Counted from the whole stretch's first letter, positions 10,106-20,521 are shown. The stretch: DNA of 63,443 bases, filler included, from 8 parts of 8 records of this genome joined end to end with filler, not necessarily neighbours in it, one strand, 5' to 3'. Notes: generated by a model from the letters alone, not told the origin. Translations and numbers: made by a program.

Positions 10106-10951
10106 ATGAAAAATCCGAATCTTTTTAAAGACAAAATAGCTTTTGTTACCGGTGGCGGCGAAGGACTTGGCCGTGCCTTATGTATAAAACTGGCAGAGTG
10201 CAATGCAACAGTTATTTGCACAGATAAAGACTTACAGCTAGCCGAGAAAACGGTAGAGATGATTAAATCGCAAACCGGGAATGAAACAGCAATGGCTCTG
10301 AATATGGATGTGAGCAATTTTGTTCAAATATCAGCTGTAATTGCCGAGGTATATTCGTCTTACGGAAAAATAGACTACCTGTTTAACAATGCCGGAATTG
10401 CCATTGGCGGCGAGATTAGAGATTTGAGTGTTGACCACTGGCAAAAGGTAATAGATGTGAATTTAATGGGGTTGATACATTGTTCATCCGAAGTATTTAA
10501 ACGGATGAGTGAAGTAAAACAGGGACACATCGTAAATATCACGTCAATTTCGGGATTGCTGGAATATACCGCCTTAAGTACACCTTACGCCGTTTCGAAA
10601 CATGGCGCGGTAACTTTTTCGAAAGCATTAAGGTTGGAGGCAATGGATTTTAATGTGAACGTTACCACGGTTTGTCCGGGCACCATAAAAACGCAGATTT
10701 GTAAAAATATGGTGCACATAAATGCAAACGAAAATGCCAGCAAACGTACCGTTGATTTTATTGAAAAAGGTATTTCGCCCGAAGCAGCTTCTGAAATTAT
10801 TTTGAATGGGGTAGCCAATAATAAAAAGCTGATTGTTTTCCCGGGTAGTTTTAAGGTGTTTTATTTCGTTTCGAAAATATTTGGTTCGCTGGTGAAAAAT
10901 ATGAGCTTAAAAATGCTTCGCGAATTTAGGGAGAAGGATAGGTTGAGTTAA
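10106..10951 (+). CDS. Short-chain dehydrogenase/reductase
   Basis: TGGGEGLG, NNAGI, YAVSK. Confidence 0.92.
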   Translation: MKNPNLFKDKIAFVTGGGEGLGRALCIKLAECNATVICTDKDLQLAEKTVEMIKSQTGNETAMALNMDVSNFVQISAVIAEVYSSYGKIDYLFNNAGIAIGGEIRDLSVDHWQKVIDVNLMGLIHCSSEVFKRMSEVKQGHIVNITSISGLLEYTALSTPYAVSKHGAVTFSKALRLEAMDFNVNVTTVCPGTIKTQICKNMVHINANENASKRTVDFIEKGISPEAASEIILNGVANNKKLIVFPGSFKVFYFVSKIFGSLVKNMSLKMLREFREKDRLS

Positions 10952-10960
10952 TATCAAACA

Positions 10961-11010
10961 AAAAGCCCCGTTCTGAAAATCTAAAACAGATACAGAACGG
11001 GGCTCTTTTT
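10961..11010. terminator. Bidirectional terminator-like hairpin
   Basis: AAAAGCCCCGTTCTG...CAGAACGGGGCTCTTTTT between convergent genes. Confidence 0.75.
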
Positions 11011-11027
11011 ATAATAAAACTATAAGC

Positions 11028-11627
11028 TTAAGCTTTTTCAGCCCGCTGTTTCTTCATCAGCCAGTACAGTCCTTTTACTCCAATTTTAATATCGTCGAGT
11101 TTAAACAGCACCAAAATCTTTTCGGTATAGGCAAAAATTCCCCAGCCTATTGCCAGAAAGTAAAACCAGTTGTAAAAACCGAATACGAATAGCACAAAAA
11201 AGAATATACTTTGTACATATCCGGCCGAAACTGCTGAATATAAATGCAGCCCGGGAATTTTTCCGAAACGGGCAAAGGCAACGATGTAACTAAGCACAAA
11301 CAGTGCGAAAAAAATGTACAGAAACCAGGCGTGCGGTTCTATGTCGGTCCATTTAAATACAAACAAACCTAATACCGCCACAGCGTAAGTACAAATATCG
11401 GCAAGGTTGTCGAGCGCCGCACCAAAGTTGGTTTGCAGCTTAAAATAACGGGCAATATTCCCATCTAACACGTCGCTAATCAAGCTAATACACAACAACA
11501 CCACAAACAGGCTTTCGCGCCCGGTAAGGGCAGCAAACAAAATTACCGGAAATACCAGTAAACGATATAAACTTATAAAATTGGGGACGTTAATAATATT
11601 CTCGCCCCTTACCATTATTTTCTTCAT
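11028..11627 (-). CDS. CDP-alcohol phosphatidyltransferase family protein
   Basis: DVLDGNIAR...GAALDNLAD signature; hydrophobic. Confidence 0.92.
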   Translation of the reverse strand: MKKIMVRGENIINVPNFISLYRLLVFPVILFAALTGRESLFVVLLCISLISDVLDGNIARYFKLQTNFGAALDNLADICTYAVAVLGLFVFKWTDIEPHAWFLYIFFALFVLSYIVAFARFGKIPGLHLYSAVSAGYVQSIFFFVLFVFGFYNWFYFLAIGWGIFAYTEKILVLFKLDDIKIGVKGLYWLMKKQRAEKA

Positions 11628-11683
11628 ATTTCTACTTTATTTATAGCAGTGAAATTAATACTCTTTCTACAAAAAACATACTG

Positions 11684-12796
11684 TTAACTTGCTTTCTGCA
11701 GCAGGTTTCCTTTTTTCTTTTCGGCTTGTTTGGCAAGAAAATATTCCAGCATCCGGTGGATTGATTCCGCATCTACATCTTTCACCTCGCCGTTTAAAAC
11801 ACTGTCTAACTTTGTTGTATCGAACTTCAAATCAGTATCGATATACGCCCCTGTAAACGACATTCCTACCGACATAATTCTTTCCAGAGCACTCATTTCT
11901 TCGCGTTTCAAACTCATGTCGGCCTCCAGATTAACAGGAAGTAACTCTCTCAGACTTTCTAAAATATCTATATTTCTTATTGACGTTTTTGCGACAAAAT
12001 TCATTATTACCGGCACTTCCTCTGCTTTTACTGCCGACATAAGGTAAGTAACTGCTGTATTGATAGGAAGTAAATTTTGAGTTGACTCCGGATCGATTTT
12101 TAAACGAATGGTACTGTTCGGATACTTCAGGGCAAGATTCTGCACACGTTTCGAGAAATCAAAAATGCCATAATCAGTTAAAGTAACTCCCGTTTCATTA
12201 TTTCCTACTACCTGCGAAAGTCGTAAAATGGAAGCATTCAATTTTTGCTCTTCCATATATTTTTTAATTGCATTTTCGGCATATCGTTTCGATTGCTCGT
12301 AGTAATTTCTAAATGCATCAATTTCCGCAACATCGTAAAAACGCTCTTCGAAAGGTTCTTCCATTCGTCCGCACGAATAGGCCGTACTTACAAAGTAGAA
12401 ACGCGAAGCCGGGCTGGCATATTTCAGGTAAGTTTCAATCGAATTGGTAACACCGTCGAGGTTTGTCCCAAAAATTTCTTCCTTCGATTTTATATCGAAT
12501 TTTAGGCTCGCTGCAAAATGAAAATAATACGTATCGCCGGCAAAAATTTCTTGCAATTCTTTATCCGCTAATCCAAAATCTTTTTCGAACAACGAATAAT
12601 TATACACTTCCAGGTTATTAAAATTAACGTTAGCTCCGTCATTCATATCAAGCAAAGCCGTTTTTGTTCGTTCTTTTGCCGAATACTTTTTATTGCTTCG
12701 AGCCAACGCAACTACCTGGTAATTTTGTCGTAATAATTCGTTTATAAAATTCGATGCCACATAGCCGTTGGCCCCGTTAATAATAATTTTTTTCAT
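11684..12796 (-). CDS. Extended SDR, fatty-acyl/thioester reductase-like (NAD_binding_4 type)
   Basis: NGANGYVA, HFAASLKF, FVSTAY, NYYEQSKRYAE. Confidence 0.75.
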   Translation of the reverse strand: MKKIIINGANGYVASNFINELLRQNYQVVALARSNKKYSAKERTKTALLDMNDGANVNFNNLEVYNYSLFEKDFGLADKELQEIFAGDTYYFHFAASLKFDIKSKEEIFGTNLDGVTNSIETYLKYASPASRFYFVSTAYSCGRMEEPFEERFYDVAEIDAFRNYYEQSKRYAENAIKKYMEEQKLNASILRLSQVVGNNETGVTLTDYGIFDFSKRVQNLALKYPNSTIRLKIDPESTQNLLPINTAVTYLMSAVKAEEVPVIMNFVAKTSIRNIDILESLRELLPVNLEADMSLKREEMSALERIMSVGMSFTGAYIDTDLKFDTTKLDSVLNGEVKDVDAESIHRMLEYFLAKQAEKKKGNLLQKAS

Positions 12797-12895
12797 TTTA
12801 ATATTTTTATTGGTTTTCGGAACAATCGTCCATGTGAATTGCTCTGAAAACTTCTATTTTCTGTTCTAAACTAAATTCTGAATATGTTGGGGTGC

Positions 12896-13570
12896 TTACA
12901 TTAAAAGCAGCAAAGTAATAGCAACGCTCATCGGAATAGAAAGGTTATCGGAGCCACGCCAGCTAAATAGCTCGGCCAGCGTACTAACCACAGCCACAAC
13001 CAATCCAATAACGAAGGTTTGTAAATCGAACACCCCCCGATTAAAGTACAGCGCTATAAGGCTAATTAAAAAACTGGTTATAAGAAAAGCTCCCGAACCG
13101 TAAATTGATTTCCCGGTATCGATTCCGAAAAGGACAATACGGTGGTTATTTTTCTTCATCCCTATTCCTACAATTGCCGCCATTGGATCGCAAATTCCAA
13201 GAATTAGCATAGGCAAAATGTAAATGAACTTGTTGTCGAGTAAATTCGACATTAAAAATGTAAGGTAAATCGACAGAGGCAGTAAATAACTGCCAACCGA
13301 TTTACGTTCAATGTCGTGAATGGATTTTAACTGTTTGCTGTATTGCGTAATGAAAAGTGCTGCAAAAAATATAACTGCCAATATTAACACATACCAGTGC
13401 GAAGAAAAAATGTATGGAAAAGGCACCACGGCAATCGTCGCAGTGAAATGGGCAAATTTTCGGGTAATCTCGCCTTTAACTTTCATTCGCCGGTAATTAA
13501 GTTCGTTAAATGCCAGCAGTAATATTATCGCAAAAAAGTATACAACAGATAAGGTTATCGTATTCCCCAT
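12896..13570 (-). CDS. Phytol/dolichol kinase-like membrane protein (CTP-dependent)
   Basis: TRKFAH, ICDPMAAIVG, KSIYGS, AE...GSDNLSIP. Confidence 0.8.
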   Translation of the reverse strand: MGNTITLSVVYFFAIILLLAFNELNYRRMKVKGEITRKFAHFTATIAVVPFPYIFSSHWYVLILAVIFFAALFITQYSKQLKSIHDIERKSVGSYLLPLSIYLTFLMSNLLDNKFIYILPMLILGICDPMAAIVGIGMKKNNHRIVLFGIDTGKSIYGSGAFLITSFLISLIALYFNRGVFDLQTFVIGLVVAVVSTLAELFSWRGSDNLSIPMSVAITLLLLM

Positions 13571-13707
13571 GTTTTTATGTTAACGTAAATAATTATGATT
13601 CGTTTCATTTACAGGAATCCCAGACGAATCAGAAATTTAAAAGTATTGTTTAATCATCCTGCTCTTTCTAATTATTGAATGAACTGTTAAATATTAAACC
13701 TGAAATG

Positions 13708-14445
13708 CTATACTGTTGAAATTGTAATTATACACCAAAGTGCAATCCATGCGCCACCGGCAATTAAACTGTCGAACCGATCGAGAAAACCGCCATGCCC
13801 GGGAATAATTGTACTGTAATCTTTTACTTTATATTTTCGTTTGTATAGCGAGGCGATTAAATCACCAAAGAATGCAAAAATTACAATTCCTGCCGAAGCT
13901 ATCAATGACTTGTGCCACACAAGACCGGTTAACGACTGCAACATTAATGCACTGAGAATAGCAAATATTGCTCCGCCAACCGTTCCGCCAATGGTTTTAT
14001 TCGGACTTATTTTTGGGGCAATTTTTGTTCTTCCCCACAACTGCCCTGATATCTGGCTAAAAGCATCGAAAATGGACAGAATAAGAAAAGTGAAAAGAAT
14101 AAGTTCCATTTTCAGTTGCGCAAAATTCCAAAATCCGAATGCTAAAACGGCATAAATCAGACCCGACAAAATGAAAAAATCGAACCTGCGAAATCCGCTT
14201 TTTACAAAGAGTTTTGCCAACTCAAAAGTTCCAACTGCAATTATAACTCCCGACAGAATTTTAAATGCCAAAGGATTAATTACAATGCTGAAAAATAAAA
14301 TATGAATGATGAAAAAGTAGGAAATGAATTTGACCCAGCTTTTTCGTGCTACTTCCTTTTCTTTTCTTCGGTTAATGAAATAAAAACCGATTCCTCCCAA
14401 CAGAAAGTATGAAATAATAAATATGTATATCGTAACTATCATCAA
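13708..14445 (-). CDS. Phosphatidate cytidylyltransferase family (CdsA-like)
   Basis: ISPNKT, KDYSTIIPGHGGFLDRFDS. Confidence 0.9.
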   Translation of the reverse strand: MMIVTIYIFIISYFLLGGIGFYFINRRKEKEVARKSWVKFISYFFIIHILFFSIVINPLAFKILSGVIIAVGTFELAKLFVKSGFRRFDFFILSGLIYAVLAFGFWNFAQLKMELILFTFLILSIFDAFSQISGQLWGRTKIAPKISPNKTIGGTVGGAIFAILSALMLQSLTGLVWHKSLIASAGIVIFAFFGDLIASLYKRKYKVKDYSTIIPGHGGFLDRFDSLIAGGAWIALWCIITISTV

Positions 14446-14449
14446 AAAA

Positions 14450-15247
14450 TTATTTACTCAAAATCATCATAATACCAATTGCGGCAACTACTACGGCATA
14501 AACATATCCAACACTGTTTTCCGAACGTTCTACTTTAACTTTATGAAGCAAGCGTGGCCCTAAAAATGCACCAAGTACCGAACCGGCAGTAAGAAAAGCA
14601 ATTAGTGTTAAATCTATTTTTCCGACTAAAAAATGTGCTCCGGTTGCAAAAATGGTATTTACTAACACCACCATTAACGAGGTACCAACAACCAATTTTA
14701 TGGGTAGCCGCAGAGAAAATAAACCGGCCAAAACAGGCGCAGTTCCACTTGTTCCAAATGTTCCTGCAATCATTCCGGCTGTTAAACCAAAAAACGAAGC
14801 TTTTCCAATACGTGCAAATTTCGATTGATGTCCATCGCGCTTTCCGTCCTCTTCCCTTTTCTTTCTGATTGCAGTAACAACCATATTTAAAGCAATGAGT
14901 ATGGAATAAATGCCAAATGCAATTTTCAATTCTCGCCCGGTAAGATATGATGTGATTTCGGCACCTAAAAAAGCTCCAACAATACCGGCCCCGGAAAATA
15001 ACAAACCTGTTTTTACATCGATATTTCCTTTTTGGTAATGCCCCCACGAACCAACCAAACCAATGGGCAAAGTTGCTGCCAGCGAAGTCGCCACGGCAAC
15101 ATGTGGCGGAACTCCTAATAAAAGCGTAAGCACGGGTAAAAAGAAAAATCCGCCACCACCACCAAGCATGGTACCAAACAAACCGATAACAAAACCAATA
15201 ATCGGTAGAATGAGGTAAATGGATTCAAACGAGGAATGAAAAATCAT
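14450..15247 (-). CDS. Sulfite exporter TauE/SafE family membrane protein
   Basis: GGGGG motif, AVATSLA and VVGTSL in two repeated halves. Confidence 0.85.
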   Translation of the reverse strand: MIFHSSFESIYLILPIIGFVIGLFGTMLGGGGGFFFLPVLTLLLGVPPHVAVATSLAATLPIGLVGSWGHYQKGNIDVKTGLLFSGAGIVGAFLGAEITSYLTGRELKIAFGIYSILIALNMVVTAIRKKREEDGKRDGHQSKFARIGKASFFGLTAGMIAGTFGTSGTAPVLAGLFSLRLPIKLVVGTSLMVVLVNTIFATGAHFLVGKIDLTLIAFLTAGSVLGAFLGPRLLHKVKVERSENSVGYVYAVVVAAIGIMMILSK

Positions 15248-15596
15248 ATCTTTCTTTTATGTCGGCCTGCCATTTCAAAAAAAGTTCTGAGAACAACCAA
15301 AATGTCTCGGCCTAACTTTCATTAAAACCAAAGATATGAATAAGTGAAGTTACGGTTAAGCAGATTATTAAGCGAAGATAAAATACACCCACTTATTTTA
15401 ACAGTTGTTAACACTTCAATAATTAAGAACTTCATAAATGGATTTAAGATTTCACTTACCAATGCCATTATTCCATCACATTTTTTATTCGCAGTATTTA
15501 TTGAGCGATTTTAACACATTGTGCCAAATAAAACAGGAAAAAGCACAGACATAGGAATTGAAAATTATACATTTGATGAAGAGAAATACAGGTACA

Positions 15597-16826
15597 ATGG
15601 AAATAAACAGAAGGAACTTTGTAAAAAACATAACAACATTTTCAATTTGCACATCGGCATACCCACTTCTAACTTCATTCACTTGCAATGAAAATACTGA
15701 GCTTTCGGAGACCAAAATCGATTCTATCGAATTGTTCAGATACGATATAGATATACCTCGTTATTTTTCATTTGGAACCTGGCACAACCGTCAACATCTG
15801 TTTATGAAAATTTCTTCGGGAAAATACTATGGCTGGTCCGAAATTCCGGCAAAAGTAAATACCCCAAATTTTCAGGCAGAAAAATGGGTAAAGTATCTGA
15901 GAAATTTCAAAGGAAAAACAATAAATGAAGCCCAAAAATTAATTAGCTCTGAACAAGTTCCCGGCACAACATTATCTTTTAAACAGCTGGAATTTATTGA
16001 GATGGGACTGCTTGATTTAATGGGAAGAATTTTAAACCAACCAAGTATTAATTTACTTAACTTAAACCAGCGGAAACCTGTTCCGGGCTTGTTCTGTATT
16101 CTCGACAAAGACATTGAAAAGGTAAGAAAACAAGCCTACAGCAGCATAGAACAAAACCTGGCTCACCATATGAAATTTAAAATGTATGGCGAACAGGAAC
16201 TGGATATTAAATTATTGAAAGCAGTAAGAGAAATATTGGGAAAGGAGGCTGTTGTAATATCTGATGTAAACAAGGGTTATAAAAAATGGGGATCGTTAAA
16301 CGAACTGGCATCTGTACTTATAAAAATGAAGGAAAATGGACTGAACGCCATTGAAGATCCGGCACATTTAGAAACCCACGAATGGATTCAACTGCAGAAA
16401 ATGATTGGGAAACTTTCACTGATTCCTGACGCTCCAATGCGCCCGGCATGGAAAGGATTGGAAGACTTAAAGCCGGGAATGGGACGTATTGTAAACCTCC
16501 ATCCTTCAACAATGGGCAGTTTTAAACATACAGCTTTACTGGCCAATAAAGTAAGGAGTATAGGAGCTGACATAATGATTGGCGACGACAGTTTGGTTGG
16601 CCCGGCATGTTCGGCCTGGCAACAAATTGCTATTGGTTCGGGTGCAGTTTGGGTTGAAGCCATAGAAAAGAAAGAAGATTCGAAAAATTATCTCGATTGC
16701 ATCCTTGATTCTTCAACAAAAAAAGATGATAAAGGTTATTTTTCTTTAACTCCTGCCCCCGGATTTGGCCTTACATTAGACACGAAACGTTTGAAAAAAA
16801 TATGCAAACTTTATATCCGCATTTGA
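15597..16826 (+). CDS. Mandelate racemase/muconate-lactonizing (enolase superfamily) protein with Tat-type leader
   Basis: Start moved to MEINRRNFVK; YGWSE, KFK, DVNKG, IEDP, PGFG. Confidence 0.8.
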   Translation: MEINRRNFVKNITTFSICTSAYPLLTSFTCNENTELSETKIDSIELFRYDIDIPRYFSFGTWHNRQHLFMKISSGKYYGWSEIPAKVNTPNFQAEKWVKYLRNFKGKTINEAQKLISSEQVPGTTLSFKQLEFIEMGLLDLMGRILNQPSINLLNLNQRKPVPGLFCILDKDIEKVRKQAYSSIEQNLAHHMKFKMYGEQELDIKLLKAVREILGKEAVVISDVNKGYKKWGSLNELASVLIKMKENGLNAIEDPAHLETHEWIQLQKMIGKLSLIPDAPMRPAWKGLEDLKPGMGRIVNLHPSTMGSFKHTALLANKVRSIGADIMIGDDSLVGPACSAWQQIAIGSGAVWVEAIEKKEDSKNYLDCILDSSTKKDDKGYFSLTPAPGFGLTLDTKRLKKICKLYIRI

Positions 16827-16944
16827 ATATCTTTTTCTTAAGGCCTCTGTAAAGTTAAAACCAAGAAAAAAAGAGGGAAAGCAGTTTTCGAACTGATATA
16901 AATATTATATTCACACACCTTAACATTCAATCTGAAGCCATTTA

Positions 16945-18912
16945 ATGATAATTAATTACCTATACATTATTTCATTATTTATTTGCTTACCATTTTTCTC
17001 GTTAGGAGAAAGGAAGGATAATAATACCAGGCATGCTGTTACAAATGCCGATATTGAACAAGTGGTTGACAGCTTAGGTACAGCGTGTTGGAAATTAAGG
17101 GAAACACATTCCGATTCGTCGTTAACACTCGGATTAAAAGCTTTGGAATTAGCCAATAAACACCAGCTTAACGCCGAGATAAGTAGAATAAGCAATTACG
17201 TTGGTGTTGTATATTTACACTACAAATATAAGTTCAGAGAATCTATATCCTACTTTCAAAAAGCAATGAGGATTAGTTTAACAATGAAAGACTCTGTGCA
17301 ATTGGCCTACGCATACAACAACCTGGGCGATGTTTACTTATTGAGTGGAAATATCCCACTGGCAATTCAATATGGTCAGTTTTCGTTCGATATTTTTAAG
17401 AAACTGGGAAATGAAGTAGGCATGGCATATGGCTATATGAATCTTGGGGAGGTTTATCGCGAAAAACGCGATTACAAAAAATCTCTGGAATACTTTGAAG
17501 CGGCATTTGCCATTCGGGAAGTGATGAGTTCTTCAACCAAAATGGGATTTGTATTATATAACCGGGCAAAAACTCTTGAAGAATCGGGAAATTTAGAAGA
17601 AGCCATGAGCTTTTATCAACAATCGTTAGAATGCAGTTACGATTCTGATGATTTCAGGTATGTATCGTGGAGTTTAAATGGAATAGCCAACAATTATTAT
17701 ACTCAGGGTAAATATGATTCGTCTTTAGAATATTACCAAAAAGCATTAGACTGGAACAAGGACAGAAACCACGAGTATGGTTTAATTGATAATTATATAG
17801 GACTTGCTTTGGTGTATGCACAGTTGAAAGAGGCCCGTGAAGGTGAAATCTTATTAAATAAAGCTTTGGAATTAGCATCGAGATTGGAATTGAATTCCCA
17901 AATTATTAAATCGTACAATTCATATTTCAAATTTTATAAAATATTAGGCGACTATGAAAATGTAACACGTAGTTTCGATATATTCTTTATGAAATACGAC
18001 TCTCTTTTATCTGCTCAACAATTTGAAATAGTGAACGAACTGGAAAGGAATTTTGCAGTTCAGCAAAACTTAATAAAAACAGAACAGGCACTTGAAAGAG
18101 ACAAACTTTATAAAGAACGCTTAGTTGCAATAATTCTACTAATGGTTGTGGTTATAGTGGTATTAATTTGGCAATATCGCTCGTATAAAAGAATGAATAA
18201 ACGGCTCGAAGAAATAAACCAAACCAAGGATAAATTATTCTCTGTAATTTCTCACGATTTAAGAAATCCTTTTAATAACCTGATTGGTTTTAGCGAAGTA
18301 TTACAAACAGAATTAGATAACAATAACTATGAGCAGGCAAAAGAAATTGCCGGCTATTTGAACAGGTCGTCGGTTGAAGGTTATGATTTACTAACAAACT
18401 TGTTAAATTGGTCGTTATCGCAAAGCGGAAAAATTCAATTTTCTCCCAAACACCTTAATTTTAATGAACTTTTCAAGGAACTGGAAGAACTTTACCACAC
18501 GCAAATTGACAATTACAAAGTTAATTTGACCTTTGAAAATAAGATAAGCAATTTGATTTCAGCGGATAAAAATATCCTTAAAATTATTCTCACTAATTTA
18601 ATTACAAACGCCTTTAAATACACAAAAGAAAACGGAACAATCAGGGTGTTTACCGCCCAGGAAAATACTTTGGTGAAAATTTGTGTAGAAGACACAGGCA
18701 TTGGCATGTCGAAAGAAACCGTAAACAAGTTGTTTGATAAAAATAGCTTTGTAAAAAGCAAACAAGGCTTACGCACAGAAAAAGGAACGGGGCTTGGTTT
18801 AAGTATTGTAAACGATTTAGTTCAGATTCATAATGGAGAAATAAAAGTACGAAGCCAAGAAGGAAAAGGAACAACCTTTGAAATACTGTTTTTTACAGAC
18901 TCGCTATTATAA
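16945..18912 (+). CDS. TPR-repeat sensor histidine kinase
   Basis: TPR units (AYAYNNLG), TM helix, SHDLRNP, NAFKYT, DTGIG, GTGLGL. Confidence 0.93.
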   Translation: MIINYLYIISLFICLPFFSLGERKDNNTRHAVTNADIEQVVDSLGTACWKLRETHSDSSLTLGLKALELANKHQLNAEISRISNYVGVVYLHYKYKFRESISYFQKAMRISLTMKDSVQLAYAYNNLGDVYLLSGNIPLAIQYGQFSFDIFKKLGNEVGMAYGYMNLGEVYREKRDYKKSLEYFEAAFAIREVMSSSTKMGFVLYNRAKTLEESGNLEEAMSFYQQSLECSYDSDDFRYVSWSLNGIANNYYTQGKYDSSLEYYQKALDWNKDRNHEYGLIDNYIGLALVYAQLKEAREGEILLNKALELASRLELNSQIIKSYNSYFKFYKILGDYENVTRSFDIFFMKYDSLLSAQQFEIVNELERNFAVQQNLIKTEQALERDKLYKERLVAIILLMVVVIVVLIWQYRSYKRMNKRLEEINQTKDKLFSVISHDLRNPFNNLIGFSEVLQTELDNNNYEQAKEIAGYLNRSSVEGYDLLTNLLNWSLSQSGKIQFSPKHLNFNELFKELEELYHTQIDNYKVNLTFENKISNLISADKNILKIILTNLITNAFKYTKENGTIRVFTAQENTLVKICVEDTGIGMSKETVNKLFDKNSFVKSKQGLRTEKGTGLGLSIVNDLVQIHNGEIKVRSQEGKGTTFEILFFTDSLL

Positions 18913-18963
18913 GCAGACAGCAGCTGCGGAAGAGTGTCTTCTACTGAAATAGCTTGACTAAAA

Positions 18964-19063
18964 NNNNNNNNNNNNNNNNNNNNNNNNNNNNNNNNNNNNN
19001 NNNNNNNTTAATTAATTAANNNNNNNNNNNNNNNNNNNNNNNNNNNNNNNNNNNNNNNNNNNN
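18964..19063. other. Artificial contig linker
   Basis: N44-TTAATTAATTAA-N44. Confidence 0.99.
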
Positions 19064-19736
19064 CGGAGACGCCAACCTGAATGGAGCCATCTTCAATACG
19101 GCTGACAAACAGATCCAGGCCCGTGTCCTCCATCGTCCAGGAAACAGCCCAGTCGGTACTGGCGTAGTGCAGGATATCCATGGAAACGGTGACCACGTCA
19201 CCGGTGGTCCAACTGTCAAAGGCTTCGAGGCTGGCGGCGACATTGGCGCCGCGCAGATCGGTTCCGGTAAATATCGCAGCTTCATCCTTCAAACCGCCGG
19301 TAAGGCCGTATTGGGTGAGCAGCAATTCCTGCACATCTCCATCTCCCTGAGTGTTCGGGTAAATATTCTGAATGGAAGAAACAGTTACTGCACCATTCGG
19401 CCCAATCGCCCCGACATTGGCTACATCGTCAACCGTCACCCAGACATCGTAGTTCTCCAGCATAGTTCCTGTGGCGTTGCCGGCAAAACCACCAAATGTC
19501 AATTCCGTAAAAGTGCTGGCGTTGGCGAAGTAGGATAGGTCCTGGTTGAAGTAATCCTTGACAGTGTTACTGCTCAGTCCATCGTATGCGTCGCCATCCA
19601 GTACGCCAACCAGTTCTGAGGTTCCATCGTTAACCAGACTGTAAAAAGTCCCGTATTCCATGGCAGCCATGCCGTTTCCCGCCACACCGATGATCAGCAT
19701 GGCAGCCGCTAAAAAAACGAAAACTCTTTTCATCAT
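19064..19736 (-). CDS. Exported acidic surface protein, 3' truncated (possibly PEP-CTERM-type)
   Basis: Signal peptide ending AMA, AGAAGGAGG RBS, D/T/G/S-rich; any sorting signal would lie beyond the contig end. Confidence 0.6.
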
Positions 19737-19782
19737 TTCCTCCTTCTACTCTTTCTTTTGCCTTAAATGATTATTGACTTTT

Positions 19783-19866
19783 CCTTAGGCAACCTGGCGA
19801 TCTCGAACCGTTCGAGACCCATGGCTTTCCGGCCCCTGGTTTCCCAGGGTGTGGCTTTGTCTAAAA
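19783..19866 (-). promoter_or_regulatory. c-di-GMP-I (GEMM-I) riboswitch
   Basis: Minus strand: GACAAAGCCACA CCCTGG GAAA CCAGGG GC CGGAAAGCC ATGGG TCTCGAAC-G-GTTCGAGA TCGCCAGGTTGCC; about 50 nt upstream of the surface-protein ATG. Confidence 0.88.
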
Positions 19867-20347
19867 ACTGAACGTGGAACGATATATACAAACCCAATCT
19901 ATATTGTCAGCTTTTCAGATTTCACAGTTAACCGCAGTTCATCGATTGACGATATCTAACCGAGATGCATAATGAAAAGCTATAACCGCCGGTGACTGCA
20001 CCAACCGCCTGTTATTTCGCCAGAGTGGGACCGATTGATTAACCGTCCGGACGGCGATTTCGTTTTTTGCGGTTTTTGCAATGACCAGCAAATATGGGCT
20101 GTTATTTTAACGGGCGTTCTGGTTCCTTGAGGTAAGGTCAGCAAGGGACCCGTCGATCGGAGTGGAGCTGAAGTGTCAATTTACCCGCAAAATGTTAGAT
20201 TCTTATTAGTCCAAAGAATTAGTTTTTTTTATTGACTCGCCCGTTCCGGGCAGCCAATACAGTTACCTGTTATTACGGAATTCGCATGTGGCGCAATTGG
20301 CGGGCGATACGGGCGCAGGCCAGCGGCCTCAATGCTCATCCCGAAGA

Positions 20348-20521
20348 TCATTTTTTTAATATCTCCTCGAATTTCTCTACCCGCCCGACGTTCCCCTGGC
20401 TGAAATTCACTTTTATGTATCCGGTGAAATTTTCACTACGAATGCTCGACAGATACGCATATAGCTTGGAAAGCTTGTCTGTCTTTCTTTCTTTCGGCTT
20501 TTCGATGACGGTGGCGGCCAT
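20348..20521 (-). CDS. Small protein, 57 aa (absent from ORF track)
   Basis: MAATVIEKPKERKTDKLSKLYAYLSSIRSENFTGYIKVNFSQGNVGRVEKFEEILKK; AGGA upstream of ATG. Confidence 0.65.
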   Translation of the reverse strand: MAATVIEKPKERKTDKLSKLYAYLSSIRSENFTGYIKVNFSQGNVGRVEKFEEILKK

